A stretch of DNA of 64,000 nucleotides from the human T2T-CHM13v2.0 reference genome, Homo sapiens, in NCBI GenBank assembly GCA_009914755.4, contig CP086569.2, positions 15,680,001-15,744,000 on the forward strand, read 5' to 3'. Below, one piece after another: positions 27,991-40,553 of this stretch. The position numbers and the translations under genes are program-made. Within the stretch, counting starts at the first letter, position 1; each line of letters opens with the position of its first letter. Under the pieces are notes generated by a model, which saw only the letters and a list, made by a program, of their open reading frames with translations, did not search any database and was not told the origin of the DNA.

Positions 27991-28854
27991 AGGAGAGAGA
28001 AATCAGGTATACATTATAATTTATTCCTCCTGTTTTTTTTTTGTTTGTTTTTTGTTTGTTTATATTTTCCAAAAATAAGAGGCCATATCCAACACAGTGA
28101 AGCAAAATGAACAAAGACGTTCAAATACTGAAGTTGAGCATAAATTTGACTTCACAATTTCTGTCAGATGAACCAAAAAAAAAAAAAAAAAAAAAGAGAG
28201 AGAGAGAGAAACATTTGATTCTGGGATTTTTATTTCCAGAAAGAGAAAGTTTTTCTCTTTTTCTTCTGATTATTGATTAAGAGTAGTTATGAAGTTGGAG
28301 ATAAAAGGAGAAGATGGCAATGATTGTTCCTTGTTCTTTCTTTCTGCAGTGGCTGTCAGCTTCACTGATGATATTAAGAATAACACAGCAAAGCCTGACT
28401 GCCTCCCTAAAGACAGATACTTCCATTACGTGTGGCGGTACCCTTCACTCCTGAATCTAGAAAATACTACTTGGGCCATGTTAAGTTTATTCTTAAAAGC
28501 CTAACATTGTGTAGCTACAGCTGCCCAACAAATCTGCCCAAAGCACTGTTCCCCCAATTGTGAATATGCATACAAATAACTTTTCAGTTTTCATGCCTAC
28601 TCCTGGATCATACCACCAGACATTCTGATTTGGAGGTCGACTGTGGAGCCTATGCAATTTAAAATTTTACAGACTACCCAAGGTTATGTGAATATATCCC
28701 GAGATAGCACAGCCTTCCCAGGCTGTTGGTGCCATAAGGACTTGGAGAGATCACCCTCGCTTACCCACAAACAACTTGCAGGACTAAGAAGAGTGCTTAA
28801 TGAATATGTGTTCAAAAAATAAAGGAATGCACCTGTGCTTGGAGATACCTGGAG

Positions 28855-28945
28855 AGCTCTCTCTCTCTCTCTCTTCATCTCCCCTCTGTATCTCTCACTC
28901 TTTCTCTGGCTCTCGTTCACTCTTTCTCTCTCTCTCTGATTCATT
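28855..28945. repeat. (CT)n-rich pyrimidine microsatellite
   Basis: ctctctctctctctcttcatctcccctctgtatctctcactctttctctggctctcgttcactctttctctctctctctg is read directly. Confidence 0.85.
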
Positions 28946-29129
28946 TGCTATGCCGCTGAGTCATACAGTGAGAAGCAGCTTAAGGTCATTAAAAGGTTGA
29001 AGCATCATGGGAAAAAGTGAACATGTTTTCATTTGAATCTCTATTTTTAACTCTTTCTGAACTTGAGACTGTTGCAGTGATAATGAAATAAGCCTATGGT
29101 GGTTCTTGGAAATCATTTTAGACACACAA

Positions 29130-29945
29130 ATTTCTAACATATATAGAGATAATATGTAAGATCACATTATATATAAAGTCACATAGAGTAAGTATAATAT
29201 ATAATCATATATAATTATAAAAAATTACATATAAAAGTATATTATATATCATACTTATATATTCATATTATATAAATATATAATATATATTAATTATCTA
29301 TAATTTTAAATATAAATTATATATGTAATTATATATTATACATTATATTATATATAAAATATATTTCATATTATGGAAATATATTTTATATATTACATAT
29401 TATATATAATATATAAAATTGTATATTATATAAAAATATATATCATATATAAAATATAATGTATAATTATATATACTTCATTATATAATATGAAATTATT
29501 ATATGTAATACACACTATATATGGTATATAATATATAACATAATTTAAATATAAATTTTATATAATATATAATTTTATAGAATACATTATATACTATAAG
29601 TATATAATTATTTTACATATAATATATTATATATAAAATATAATATAATATGTATTGTATATATTTATATAATATTTTATATATAGAACATAATATAAAT
29701 TTGTATATGATGTATATCATATAGTATATGTAATTATTATATCTAGTTTATGCTATATTGTATGTAATTATATATAAAATATAATTTTAAATATAAACTC
29801 TATATGATATAATTTATATATTATAATATATGATTAGATAATATATAATAAGTATATATACTTAATATATGTGATCTTGTTAAGTATAATACATATATTA
29901 TATATAATATATATTATATGTATATAAAATATATTAAACTTACCA
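29130..29945. repeat. About 800 bp of AT-rich simple repeat (TATATA / ATATTATATA / ATAATATAT variants)
   Basis: The sequence is almost exclusively A and T, built from reiterated tatata, attatata and aatatata units, some palindromic. Confidence 0.9.
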
Positions 29946-31234
29946 TATATGATCTTGTTTGACATGTCTTTTTGTATAGAAAAGCACTTAAATTACCCCT
30001 ACTTCAGCAATGAGGATGTTGTGTTTAGGCCAAAAGGCAATATAAACACAACTTGCTATTAAAGTTTTTTCTTAATCATCACTACCACTGAACCATTAAT
30101 AAGTATTTTCCTGCACAAGATAATAATAGCATCTCACATTTCCATGGTACTTTATAATGCCTGAAGCTCTTCCACATTCATAATTTTGTTCATGTCATAG
30201 AAAGAATGAGCTTTAGTAACCTCTTCCATTTAAGGGGATCACAGAATGAGTAAAAGCCTAGGGTGCAGTTAGAAAAGAACTAGGTTTCAGTCATCTAGAC
30301 ATGGTTCTAGGACTCTTGAATGCATGTGTAACTCAGGCTGAAAATCCCGGAAGATACATCCCCATCCCAAGAGCACCTACACAATTTCAATAACCTGGTT
30401 ACAACTGATGCACTTTGGATATTGCACTCTTCACAAACATCTATCCAAATCTAACATGAACTCACATCAGAACAACTATCGAATCCCCACTCCTACCAAA
30501 TATTCACGTCTGGTATTACCACCAAAGCCTGAAGCACCCTGACAACATGTGTCCAGATGTTGTTGAATTTTTTCCATCCTGACTGCCTCTCACCGAAAGC
30601 CAGAACCAACTTGCTCCTGGATGACTGCAGTGGACTTCTTCCAAAGGCAGCCTCCTGCAGTCACATCCATCAGTGCCTCTTATGGACTTCACAAAACCAT
30701 AAATTCTATCACATACTGCTATCTTCCCATTCTTATGTCTTGTCATTGTTTTATAATAAATTCCAACATTTTAGTCACTTTTCCAAGTGTGAAGTCATTT
30801 ATGCCTACCACTGTAATACCATTCTTTCACATTTCCTTAGTCATGATGAGTCAGTTACACTGGGAATCCTTCTGTTCTCCTCACCCTTTAAAGTTCCTTT
30901 TGGAACTTTGAAACTTATAATTCTTTTCAGGAATGTTTCCCTCTTAACATCTTGTGGCTGCTTCCCTGTCATCATTTCCTTCCATTTCTACCTTTTCAGA
31001 GAGGCTTTGTTTAGAAGAAAATATAGGAGCAAATCTTTGCCAGCTAGGCTTATGAAAAGTTTTCTTACATAGAACACAAAATACAAGAACTGTAAGAGAA
31101 TGTATTGATTATGAGGACTTCAAGGCACCACGAAGAACTCAGACAAAAAGCTTCAGATTCAGACAAAACATTTGTAACTAATAGAGCAGAGAATTGACTT
31201 GCATCTTGAATATATATAAATATCTCCCAACTCA

Positions 31235-31600
31235 ATTGTTAGGCAAGCGCCCTATAGAGCAGCACTCCTGAACATTTTTGACATCAGGGACTGGTTTCAC
31301 ATAAGTCAATTTTCCCATGTCGGTGGATGGTTTCTGGGTGAAAATGTTCCACCTCAAATCACTAGGAATTACATTCTCATCAATAAGCACACAACCTACA
31401 TCCCTCGCATGTGCCGTCTCAATAGGATTTCCGCTCCTATGAGAATATAATGTCACCACTTAACTAACAGGAGATGGAGCTCAGGCAGTCATTTGGGTGA
31501 TGAGGATTGGCTGTAAATACAGAGGAAGCTTTGCTAGGTTGCCTGCAACTCCCCTCCTGCTGACCCAGTTCCTAAAAGGCCATGGACCAGGCTTTGGTGG
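31235..31600. mobile_element. Nonautonomous DNA-transposon-like repeat (hAT/MER-type family, name not assigned)
   Basis: It matches a widespread mammalian repeat (...accagggaccggtttcgtgg...gatggtttcgggatgaaactgttccacctcagatcat...agattctcataaggagcgcgcaacctagatccctcgcatgcgc...ggagctcaggcggtaat...ggttcctaacaggccacggacc). Here it reads gacatcagggactggtttcacat...ggatggtttctgggtgaaaatgttccacctcaaatcact...ctacatccctcgcatgtgc...ggagctcaggcagtcat...agttcctaaaaggccatggacc. Confidence 0.45.
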
Positions 31601-32442
31601 TAATACAAGATGTGAATGTGTGGTAGGAGTGGGGATTCAATGGTTGTTCTGACGTGTGTTCATGTTAGACTTGGATACATGTTTGTGAAGAGTGCAATAT
31701 CCAACGTGTGTTGGTTGTATCTGGTCCAGTACTGGACCATAGCCTGGGGATTGGGGATCCCTGCTGTAGAGGACAGAATAACAAACCCCTATGTATGTTC
31801 ACATCCTACGTTTTGTGGCAAGAAGGTCTTAAGTGATGTGATAAAAGACTTTAAGATGGGGACAGCATCCTCAAGTATCTAGGTGAGCTCAATGTAATAG
31901 AAATATCCTTATAAAACAGAAACTGAAACTTTGAAACAATAGAAAATCTGAAGGTGAAACAGAGGTCAAATAGAGATTAAGGTGCTGTGCTACTGGCTAT
32001 TAACGTGGAAGAGGGGTCCATGTGTTGGAAGCCTCTAAAAGGTGGGAGAAACAAGGAAATAGTTCCACAATTGTACGCTGCAGAAGGTACCAGCACTGAA
32101 GAAGCATTTTAGACCTCTGATTTCCAAAACTATCAGATACTAAGTATGTGTTGGGTTAAGCCACCAAGTTTGTGTATGTTATGGCAACAACTAAGAAACA
32201 CATACATCACATTATTTAACCTTTGCTTGTAAACAATTTGTCTCTCCATGCTGGAGGGTGAATCTCCTGATATCAAAGATCCTGTTTGTATTGTTCATTG
32301 TCTGTGTCTTCAACACTAAGGACAAAACATGACTAGCATATTTTGAGCATTCATGTAGACCTGTTAAATGAACACATGGAATAATCTCAAATGCCTGCTA
32401 AGTATTTTATCTCAATTTCATCTTGTTATATTAAAACCTGTG

Positions 32443-32805
32443 GTCAGCTGTGGTGGCTCACGCCTGTAATCCCAGCTATCTGGGAGGCCAAGGCGAGAGG
32501 ATCAAGAGGTTAGGAGATTGAGACTATCCTGACTAACACGGTGAAACCCCGTCTTTACTAAAAATACACACACAAAAAAATTTAGCTGGGCATGGTGGCA
32601 GGCGCCTGTAGTGCCAGCTACTCAGGAGACTGAGGCCGGAGAATGACATGAACCCGGGAGGTAGAGGTGCAGTGAGCTGAGCTCATGCCACTGCACTGCA
32701 GCCTGGGCAACCATGCGAGACTCTGCCTCAAAAACAAAAACAAAAACAAAAAACAAACAGAAATATTAACAAAAACAAACAACAACAAATAAAAACCTGT
32801 GCTTT
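32443..32805 (+). mobile_element. Alu (+) with a (CAAAA)n-expanded tail from 32730
   Basis: ggtcagctgtggtggctcacgcctgtaatcccagctatctgggaggccaaggcgagaggatcaagaggttaggagattgagac ... ctctgcctc is followed by aaaaacaaaaacaaaaacaaaaaacaaacag. Confidence 0.9.
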
Positions 32806-34620
32806 TTTCCCAACAATTAACTTCAACTCTTAATCATCATTCTTTTGCCTTGGGGGATAATATAAGGTTAATTATATTTTGTAAAACACAAGAGTCATGA
32901 ACAAAATCTAATGGACCATACATAGCCTCCATGTGCTGTCTACTCATGATGCAGTGTTTCAAATATAAAACATATATATAGTATATATGTATACATACAT
33001 ATATACATTCAACAAGCAAACAATATATATATTACCCTGGAGAACTGCTTTGTTGAAGCCTATAAAAGTTTGTGTGTGGAGCTTATAAAATTGAGTGTGA
33101 TAAAAGTTGGAAAATTGAGATAAAGTGGAGAATTGTTACTGTGATAGTTGCTTAAAATCTAGTTTTTAGAACAACACTAAGTTTGACCATAGCTGCTCTG
33201 GTATGTGATCCATTTAATGTTTTTGCTTTTGTACATTAATTATCAGAGAGATATCTTAGCCTGAGATATTTAAATCTGTTAGTGAATAAAGACTTCCATG
33301 CAACACCGAGACAGAGTTATCAAAAATGACAAATCCTTGACAATTATAGTAACAAACTTTAGTACAGTAAGAGATATAATAGGACACTGTAACTGCTCTC
33401 AGATCAAACATCCCTCCTGCTTAGAGAAAAAAAAAAATTGCACTTAGTGCAAATAGAATTGCACCAATTTCTCTGATACAGCCTGAAAATTAAGCCAACA
33501 TTTCAGGTCTTGTAAGAAAAGTTGCTGTCTTCTGGCTTAGAAAAGGCATCCCAGGTAGTGGCTGACCATTAAAAGGAAGATGAGCGTTATGAGGTAGCCA
33601 TCTTCAAAAAGAAAAATGGCAAAGACTTTACAAAACCTTAATGTTACAATGTATAAAAATAGTATAAATAAGTAAGAACTTAAAGAGACAGAGAGTGCGG
33701 TTAAAGCAGCAAGCCAGTAGGACAATTTTAGTGTATAGCTTAAGGTACAATATATGCATAATTTGCCCTTCCTTAATTCTAGAAAATATTGTCTGTCTTC
33801 TTCAATAACCTTTCTATTAATGAAACTAAACATTCCACTGGGATTTTAGCTCTTTTTTATGCTGTCATATTTACTTTGCTACTGTATGTGATTACAACTA
33901 ACTTCTAATTTGTCTAATATATGTGATATTTTATCTAGTATTTCATTCATTTAATATGAATTTTAATTAATCTAATATAATATTGTAAAAGTCTTTTTCT
34001 TATATGTATTTTATAGTGCCTTTTATATGTGTTTTATCTCCATACTTTGATGGTGAAAACTTACTTTCAATTCAAGTGTTTTAAAATACTCTCATTAAAA
34101 ACAAATGGAAATATAAATGAAAAAAAAACATTTCTGTAACTTTTCAAAGTATATATGGAAATGCACTCAACTGTGGCAACATTTTCCCCCAGGTTTAGCA
34201 TATTGCTTGGATGATTATGGCTACTTCATACATGTTTGTTGAATGAGAATTTTTCATAAATTTTATAGTGTATGTAAAAGCTATGGTATGTTTTTTGTCT
34301 TGTCTTTCTCTTTTGGCTTTAAACACATAGTGGCTAAACACAGAGCAGGCTGAATAAATACATCCCCCCTTTATGCAAAATTATTCACTAATAAATGGTA
34401 TCTAGTTCATTCTTTAAAATACCATAAGAGAACACATAATATCTCTTTACCATTTGCAAAATTTTGAAGTCAGAGTCTAATTTGACCAGCAGTCGATTTT
34501 ACCCTTTGGACTCGTTTAATTTATTTGAAGAACATTTATTTGTTCCTCATGTGTGCAGGTGAAGCAAAACTAAAGAGCATGGCTTCTGATCTTCATGGAA
34601 GCAGGCTAGTAGGCAGCTAT

Positions 34621-34875
34621 TTTTTGTTTGCTTTTTGAGATGGAGTTTTTTTTTCTTGTCACTCAGGCTGGAATGCAATGGCATGATCTCCGCACACTAC
34701 AATTTCTCCTCCCAGGTCCAAGTGATTCTCATGCATCAGATCCCCGAGTAGCTGGGGTTACAGGCATGCACCACCACACCCAGCTAATTTTTGCCTTTTT
34801 AGTAGAGATTGGGTTTCACCATGTTGGCCAGGCAGACCTTGACCTCCTGACCTCAGGTGAACTGCCTGCCTTGGC
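34621..34875 (-). mobile_element. Alu, minus orientation, partial
   Basis: gagatggagtttttttttcttgtcactcaggctggaatgcaatggcatgatctc ... ggtttcaccatgttggccaggcagaccttgacctcctgacctcaggtga is read directly. Confidence 0.85.
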
Positions 34876-35784
34876 AACCATTTTTGAACATATTCCACAT
34901 GAGGCACCATGCTGTTTCTTGTACATTGTCCAGTTGAGTTCCTCAGCTTTCTATGTGAGGACTACTATTCTCCTCCCTTTTTCACATGTAAAGAAAGCTG
35001 GGCTTTGAAATCTTAAATAACATGTTTGAGGCCTTACAATAGATTACACCCCAAAGGTGTCAGACTGAATCCATTGAATCAATAACTCTGACAGCAATTA
35101 CAAAGCAAATGACCTTTGTGTAACATGGTATATTCTATAACAGAAATTCATTGAATGCCATTTAGTGTGCTGAGACAATACAGATAATCACACAGGACAC
35201 TTCTGGAAAGAGGTCTACATTGGTAGAAAGACTTGGCCAGGTCCTACCTGATTATGTAGGTGACTCCTGCAGAAGATGCAGAGCCTGCCCTTCAGGTCAC
35301 ACTGACCTTTCAAGTGGTGCTGTGTCCATGAGCTAGCCATGCAGCTTTTTTATATGGCCATAGCCACAGGAAGGGATGCTCAGGCAAGGTGTTCAAGGCA
35401 ATTAAAGGCTGCAGAGGCCACCTTAGATCTTGAGGACTTCATATAAAAAAGCAAGCATTTCAAAATCCAAGGCATATTCTGGAAGTAGTTAGCAAGTATA
35501 GTGGTGGATTTGCAAGCTCAAGAACATAAGTAGGGCATCCCTTGAGAAGGTCACATGGGCCCACACAGGATGACCCTTGGATTCCCAGTAATGAATTTGT
35601 GTGTCCAGTACACTCATTATATTGTGTGTGAATGTGATTGCTAAAAAAGAAGATATAAATTGTGAACAAAATATAAACAGTTATTAGCAATAAAACATGA
35701 ACATTTCCTATAACCACCTCCTTTGAGATAATCACTCTCCACTGTTTGAATTCCTTCCACATTTTATTTTTTAATAAAATAAAT

Positions 35785-36100
35785 GGGCCACGCAAAGTGG
35801 CTCATGCTGGTAATCCCAGCACTTCAGGAGACAGAGGCAGGTGGATCACTTGAGGTCGGAAGTTTGAGACCAGCCTGGACAACATGGCAACGTCTCTGCA
35901 AAAAATACAAAAATTAGCCCACACGTGGTGGCACATGCCTGTAATCCCACCTATTTGGGGGACTGAGGCAGGAGAATTGCTTGAATCCAGGAGGTGGTGG
36001 TTGTAGTGACCCAAGATTGTGCCACTGCACTTCAGCCTGGTCGAGGCTCTGTGGCAAAAAAACAAAAAACAAAAAACAAAACAAAACAAAACCCTAAAAA
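35785..36100 (+). mobile_element. Alu (+), diverged, with a (CAAAA)n tail
   Basis: gggccacgcaaagtggctcatgctggtaatcccagcacttcaggagacagaggcaggtggatcacttgaggtcggaagtttgagaccagcctgg ... is followed by aaaaaaacaaaaaacaaaaaacaaaacaaaacaaaa. Confidence 0.85.
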
Positions 36101-36119
36101 ATATAATAAAATACAATAA

Positions 36120-36344
<225 letters not shown>

Positions 36345-36857
36345 TAACACTTCATGCAAACAAACAGCATCCCATAATATGGATGCAGGCAAGAGAATCC
36401 ACTCAAGTCACTGATTTGTGAACACTGAGCTTGCTGCTATTGTTTGTTTTTAAAATTACAATCCATGTGAATTGCAGAGCCTTGGGTGGTTATTTTTATG
36501 CATCAGAATAAAGATTTTCATAGAAAAACCATTCAAAGCATTAGGACTCCTAGGTCAGAAGTCTCCAATTTTAATTTTCCTGGGTTTTACTCATCCTCTT
36601 ACATTGGACAGCATCATGATTATTTTGATAGTGCAGAAATTCAGAGAAAGCTGAAAGGACATAAAACCCAAGTGGGTAGGTCCTGGAGGACTGTGGTTCT
36701 CATCTCAGGCACTAGGATGCAGACCCAGGGAGGAACAAGATGTACAAGCTTTTTGAAAAATAAAACCAAAAGGATGTGACAGCCAATTGAATGAGAGTCA
36801 TAGCAAATCTGGAGATATATTTAAGGAGAAACTGCTCAGTTAAAAAGATTCAAAGTT

Positions 36858-37131
<274 letters not shown>

Positions 37132-38537
37132 ACTCAAAGTTGACTCAAAGAGAATTGTTTCCAGGCAGGCCATTCTCAAATTTTCATTTCCATGAAACTC
37201 ATATATCAATTATCTTCAAGTTTTGATATATTATTGTTTATTAAGCAAACTGTATTTATTATTTTATATTTTGCTCAGAAAATATCCATCTTGGTTTTTT
37301 TTATTTTATGTAATTGAAACTAAAGCACTTAAAAAAGCTTATGCAGCTTCATTATAGATACATGTAGGTGGACATTACCTACTTTATGAAAATGATGCAA
37401 GGAATCTGAATAAGAGTTTGTGGGCCCCAGAGTTTGGAAATCTGTGGTATAAATACCATGTGTCTGTTATAATTGTCTTAGATTTTCTCTATGGACTTTG
37501 GAAACTAAATTTTGGCTCTGTGAAATAATGATATGATAACATGATACAATAGGAAAATAGTCTGCTAGTACTCATTCCATTTTTAAGTAAAGTAAAAACT
37601 AAAAATCAAAGGCACTGAATTTCAACCAGCCTTACCTATCAAGCTACAGAATTTGAGTGCAGGACGTCACGTTCCCTCCCATCCAGCACACTCTGTATAT
37701 GTATGTGCTCCTGTGTTGAATCCTACACAATTTAAAACAGAAAACTGAAGCCTCACCTTTTAATAAATTGACTATGAATGATTTCCTATAACCATCAAAG
37801 ATTAGTTTTTAATCTATTTGACTGATTTTTATTTTTTATACCTCTGCCTTCATTCTCACCAGATTTCTCTTTGACCACAGTTGTGTGACCTAAAACAAAT
37901 TCTGTTTGTTCTCACTGAATAATTTTTATTTAAACTTTTCCTGTTTGGTGTCACTTCTTTAGTTTAAAGGTGCACATATGTGTGTCTGTGTACATATACA
38001 TTCATACCCATACATTCATATATATGGTTATATATGCATATTGTATGTATGCGCCAGCTACAGGTAAATGACACACACGGAAATGGTCAAAGATATTTAA
38101 CTTCTCTATTCACATAATTATCTTCTGGTTACTTGTCTCCAAAAAATGCCTAGTGTGTTTATACGAGGAATGATCTCATAAAAGAAAGTGGATTATGGCT
38201 TTAATGTCATATAACAATGTCTTTTGTTAATTAAAAGGCCAACAATATCTGACCCCATTTGGTTCCTTACCATTGACTTGGAGGGCATGCAGAAACAAAA
38301 GACCTGCAATTATTCTCCTAAGCCTTGTGATATAATTCAAAAGGAGAGGAAACATCTACATTATTATTTATAATAAAAAGTGGAAACTTTTCTATTCTAC
38401 CAACAATATTAAGCCCAACTAGAAATCCTCATGTTTATATGATACTCATTTTAGTCAACATGCAGAAGGAAAAACTGATTCCTGTTTTACGGCACCTTTA
38501 CCATGAAACATGTTTTTAAATAACCACACTAACTGAA

Positions 38538-38875
38538 TGTATTAGTCTGTTCTCATGATGTTAATAAAGATATTCCTGAGACTGGGTAATTTATAAAGAA
38601 AACAGATTTAATGGATTCACAGTTTCACATCGATGGGGAGGCCTAACAATCATGGCAGAAAGTAAAAGAGGAGCAAAGTCATGTCTTACGTGGTGGCAGG
38701 CAAGAGAGCATGTGCAGGGGAACTGTCCTTCATAAAATCATCAAATCTTGACTATGAAAATAGCATGGGAAAAATTCACGCCCAAGATTAAGTTACCTCC
38801 TGGTGGGTCCCTACCACTATGGGATCTACAATTCAAGATGAGATTTGCCTGGGGACACAGCAAAATCATATCACT
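38538..38875 (-). mobile_element. MaLR LTR (THE1/MST-type), complete or nearly complete, minus orientation
   Basis: It is the reverse complement of the MaLR LTR consensus. It runs ctgttctcatgatgttaataaagatattcctgagactgggtaatttataaagaaaacagatttaatggattcacagtttcacatcgatggggaggcctaacaatcatggcagaaag ... caattcaagatgagatttgcctggggacacagcaaaatcatatca, the last part matching the LTR start TGATATG...GTCCCCA in reverse complement. Confidence 0.85.
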
Positions 38876-39131
38876 GAAAATATTGATTGATATTTCTTGT
38901 GTGTATATTTTTGTTGTCGATGTTCCTTCCAGAGCCCTGGATGAAACTTGGCATCAATGTAGCCATTAACATGCATTAATTCTACATGATCTCTTTTGCA
39001 TCTTTCTTTTGTTGTTCAGTTGGTAGAGGAGAGGTTGCTGATTTACAAGCTTCATTTTAGGGAGAGTAAAACTTAAAAGCCAAAATTTCATCAGCTAACA
39101 GGCTTAGAGTATGGAGCCTAAAGGACCTGTC
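38826..39131. repeat. Copy 1 of a roughly 305-bp local duplication; copy 2 is at 40249..40553
   Basis: The two intervals align end to end at about 92-94% identity (caattcaagatgagatttg[c/g]ctggggacacagc[-/c]aaatcatatcac[t/c]gaaaata...ccttccagagccctggatgaaa[c/t]ttggca...gagaggttgctgatttacaagcttcatttt...gagtatggagcctaaaggacctgtc). Confidence 0.85.
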
Positions 39132-39499
39132 GATGAAGGAGGTTATTCGTTGCATATCTGTGGTTTTAGACAATCAAGGGGGTTGTTTTTTTCATTCACC
39201 TGGAATGTGTATTTAAAGTTAAGTGATCTACCTGAGAGCTGAGTTCTCAAGAAGAGCACTCATCTTTGATATTATGCATGGCTCTCTCCAAGTTGATGAG
39301 GTACCATCATTTTGCTCTCTACAATCAGGAGGCAAAACCCAGTGATTTAGGTGTGCAGGATTCCTAAAATATTAATTTTAACTTGCTACAAAAAATAGCA
39401 GGGTTTCTGGTGTCTGAAAACTTTTGAGAAATCACACCATTAGAATATTGTTAAGATCACTCTTTATTTGCACTTAAGAAGATAACTTTGTCAGGAAAA

Positions 39500-39600
39500 T
39501 TTTCTTTCTTCCTATCTTCCTTCCTTCCTTCCCTCCTTCCTTCCTTCCTTCCTTCCTCCCTCCTTCCCTCCTTCCCTTCCCTCCCACCTTCCCTCTCCCT
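39500..39600. repeat. (TTCC)n / (CCTT)n microsatellite, degenerate
   Basis: cttccttccttccttccctccttccttccttccttccttcctccctccttccctcc is read directly. Confidence 0.9.
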
Positions 39601-40248
39601 GCTCCATCACATAATATAGCTATAATGTGCTGCCTTTTCCTCTCCTCCAGTGTTATTGATAGGAAAAACTGGCCAGGTACTGATGAATAAAGAAAAAGAC
39701 AAATTTATAGTGAGATCTGATTGTCACAGATCAGGTGCCTTATGAAAACAGGTCATTTTCTTCTTCAAACAATAACTTTCTGAGCTCAGAATTTCATGAC
39801 AATAAGCCCACATGCTTCTTAAGTCTCATTTATATAAAATGTGATTTAGACCTCAGAACACTGTAACTGCCCAACAGACTCATCTTTACTACACAGATAG
39901 AGCTGATTAGTCAAGATAGAAGAATTGCAATAAACAGTTTAATTCCTACAGAGCTGGCTAAATAAGTGATTGGAGTTTTATTATTACCTAAATCAGCCTT
40001 CCCCAAAATTCGAAGGCTTGAGTTTTTCAAGGATAGTTTGGCATTTAGGGGCTAGGGAATGAGTGCTGCTGGATTGGTTGGGATGCAATTATAGTGTTTT
40101 GGAAAACAACCCTGGTGCACTAAGTCACCCTCTACATGGGGATACAGAGATGTTAATGGTCCCAGTGGGACCAATCAATTGTCGCAAATAAAAGCCTGAA
40201 AAGGCATCTCAAAAGGCCAATCTGTACTATTCTTATCACCTGAGTAAC

Positions 40249-40553
40249 AACAATTCAAGATGAGATTTGGGTGGGGACACAGCCAAATCATATCACCGAA
40301 AATATCTATTGATATTTCTTGTGTGTATATTTTTGTGGTTGTTGTTCCTTCCAGAGCCCTGGATGAAATTTGGCAACAATGTATCCATTAACATGCATTA
40401 ATTCTACATGATCTCTTTTGCATCTTTCTTTTGTTATTCAATTGAAAGAGGAGAGGTTGCTGATTTACAAGCTTCATTTCAGGGAGAGTAAAACTTAAAA
40501 GCCAAAATTTCATCAGCTAACATGCTTAGAGTATGGAGCCTAAAGGACCTGTC
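40249..40553. repeat. Copy 2 of the roughly 305-bp local duplication (see 38826..39131)
   Basis: Same alignment as for copy 1. This copy contains only the last 50 bp or so of the MaLR LTR edge plus the adjacent sequence. Confidence 0.85.

Noticed and set aside
30557-31072. A 171-aa + strand ORF in unique-looking sequence
   Set aside because: It has no similarity to any protein family I recognise and a Leu/Ser/Phe-rich low-complexity composition typical of AT-rich intron. It has no splice-site context and lies in an intronic region. I judge it spurious.
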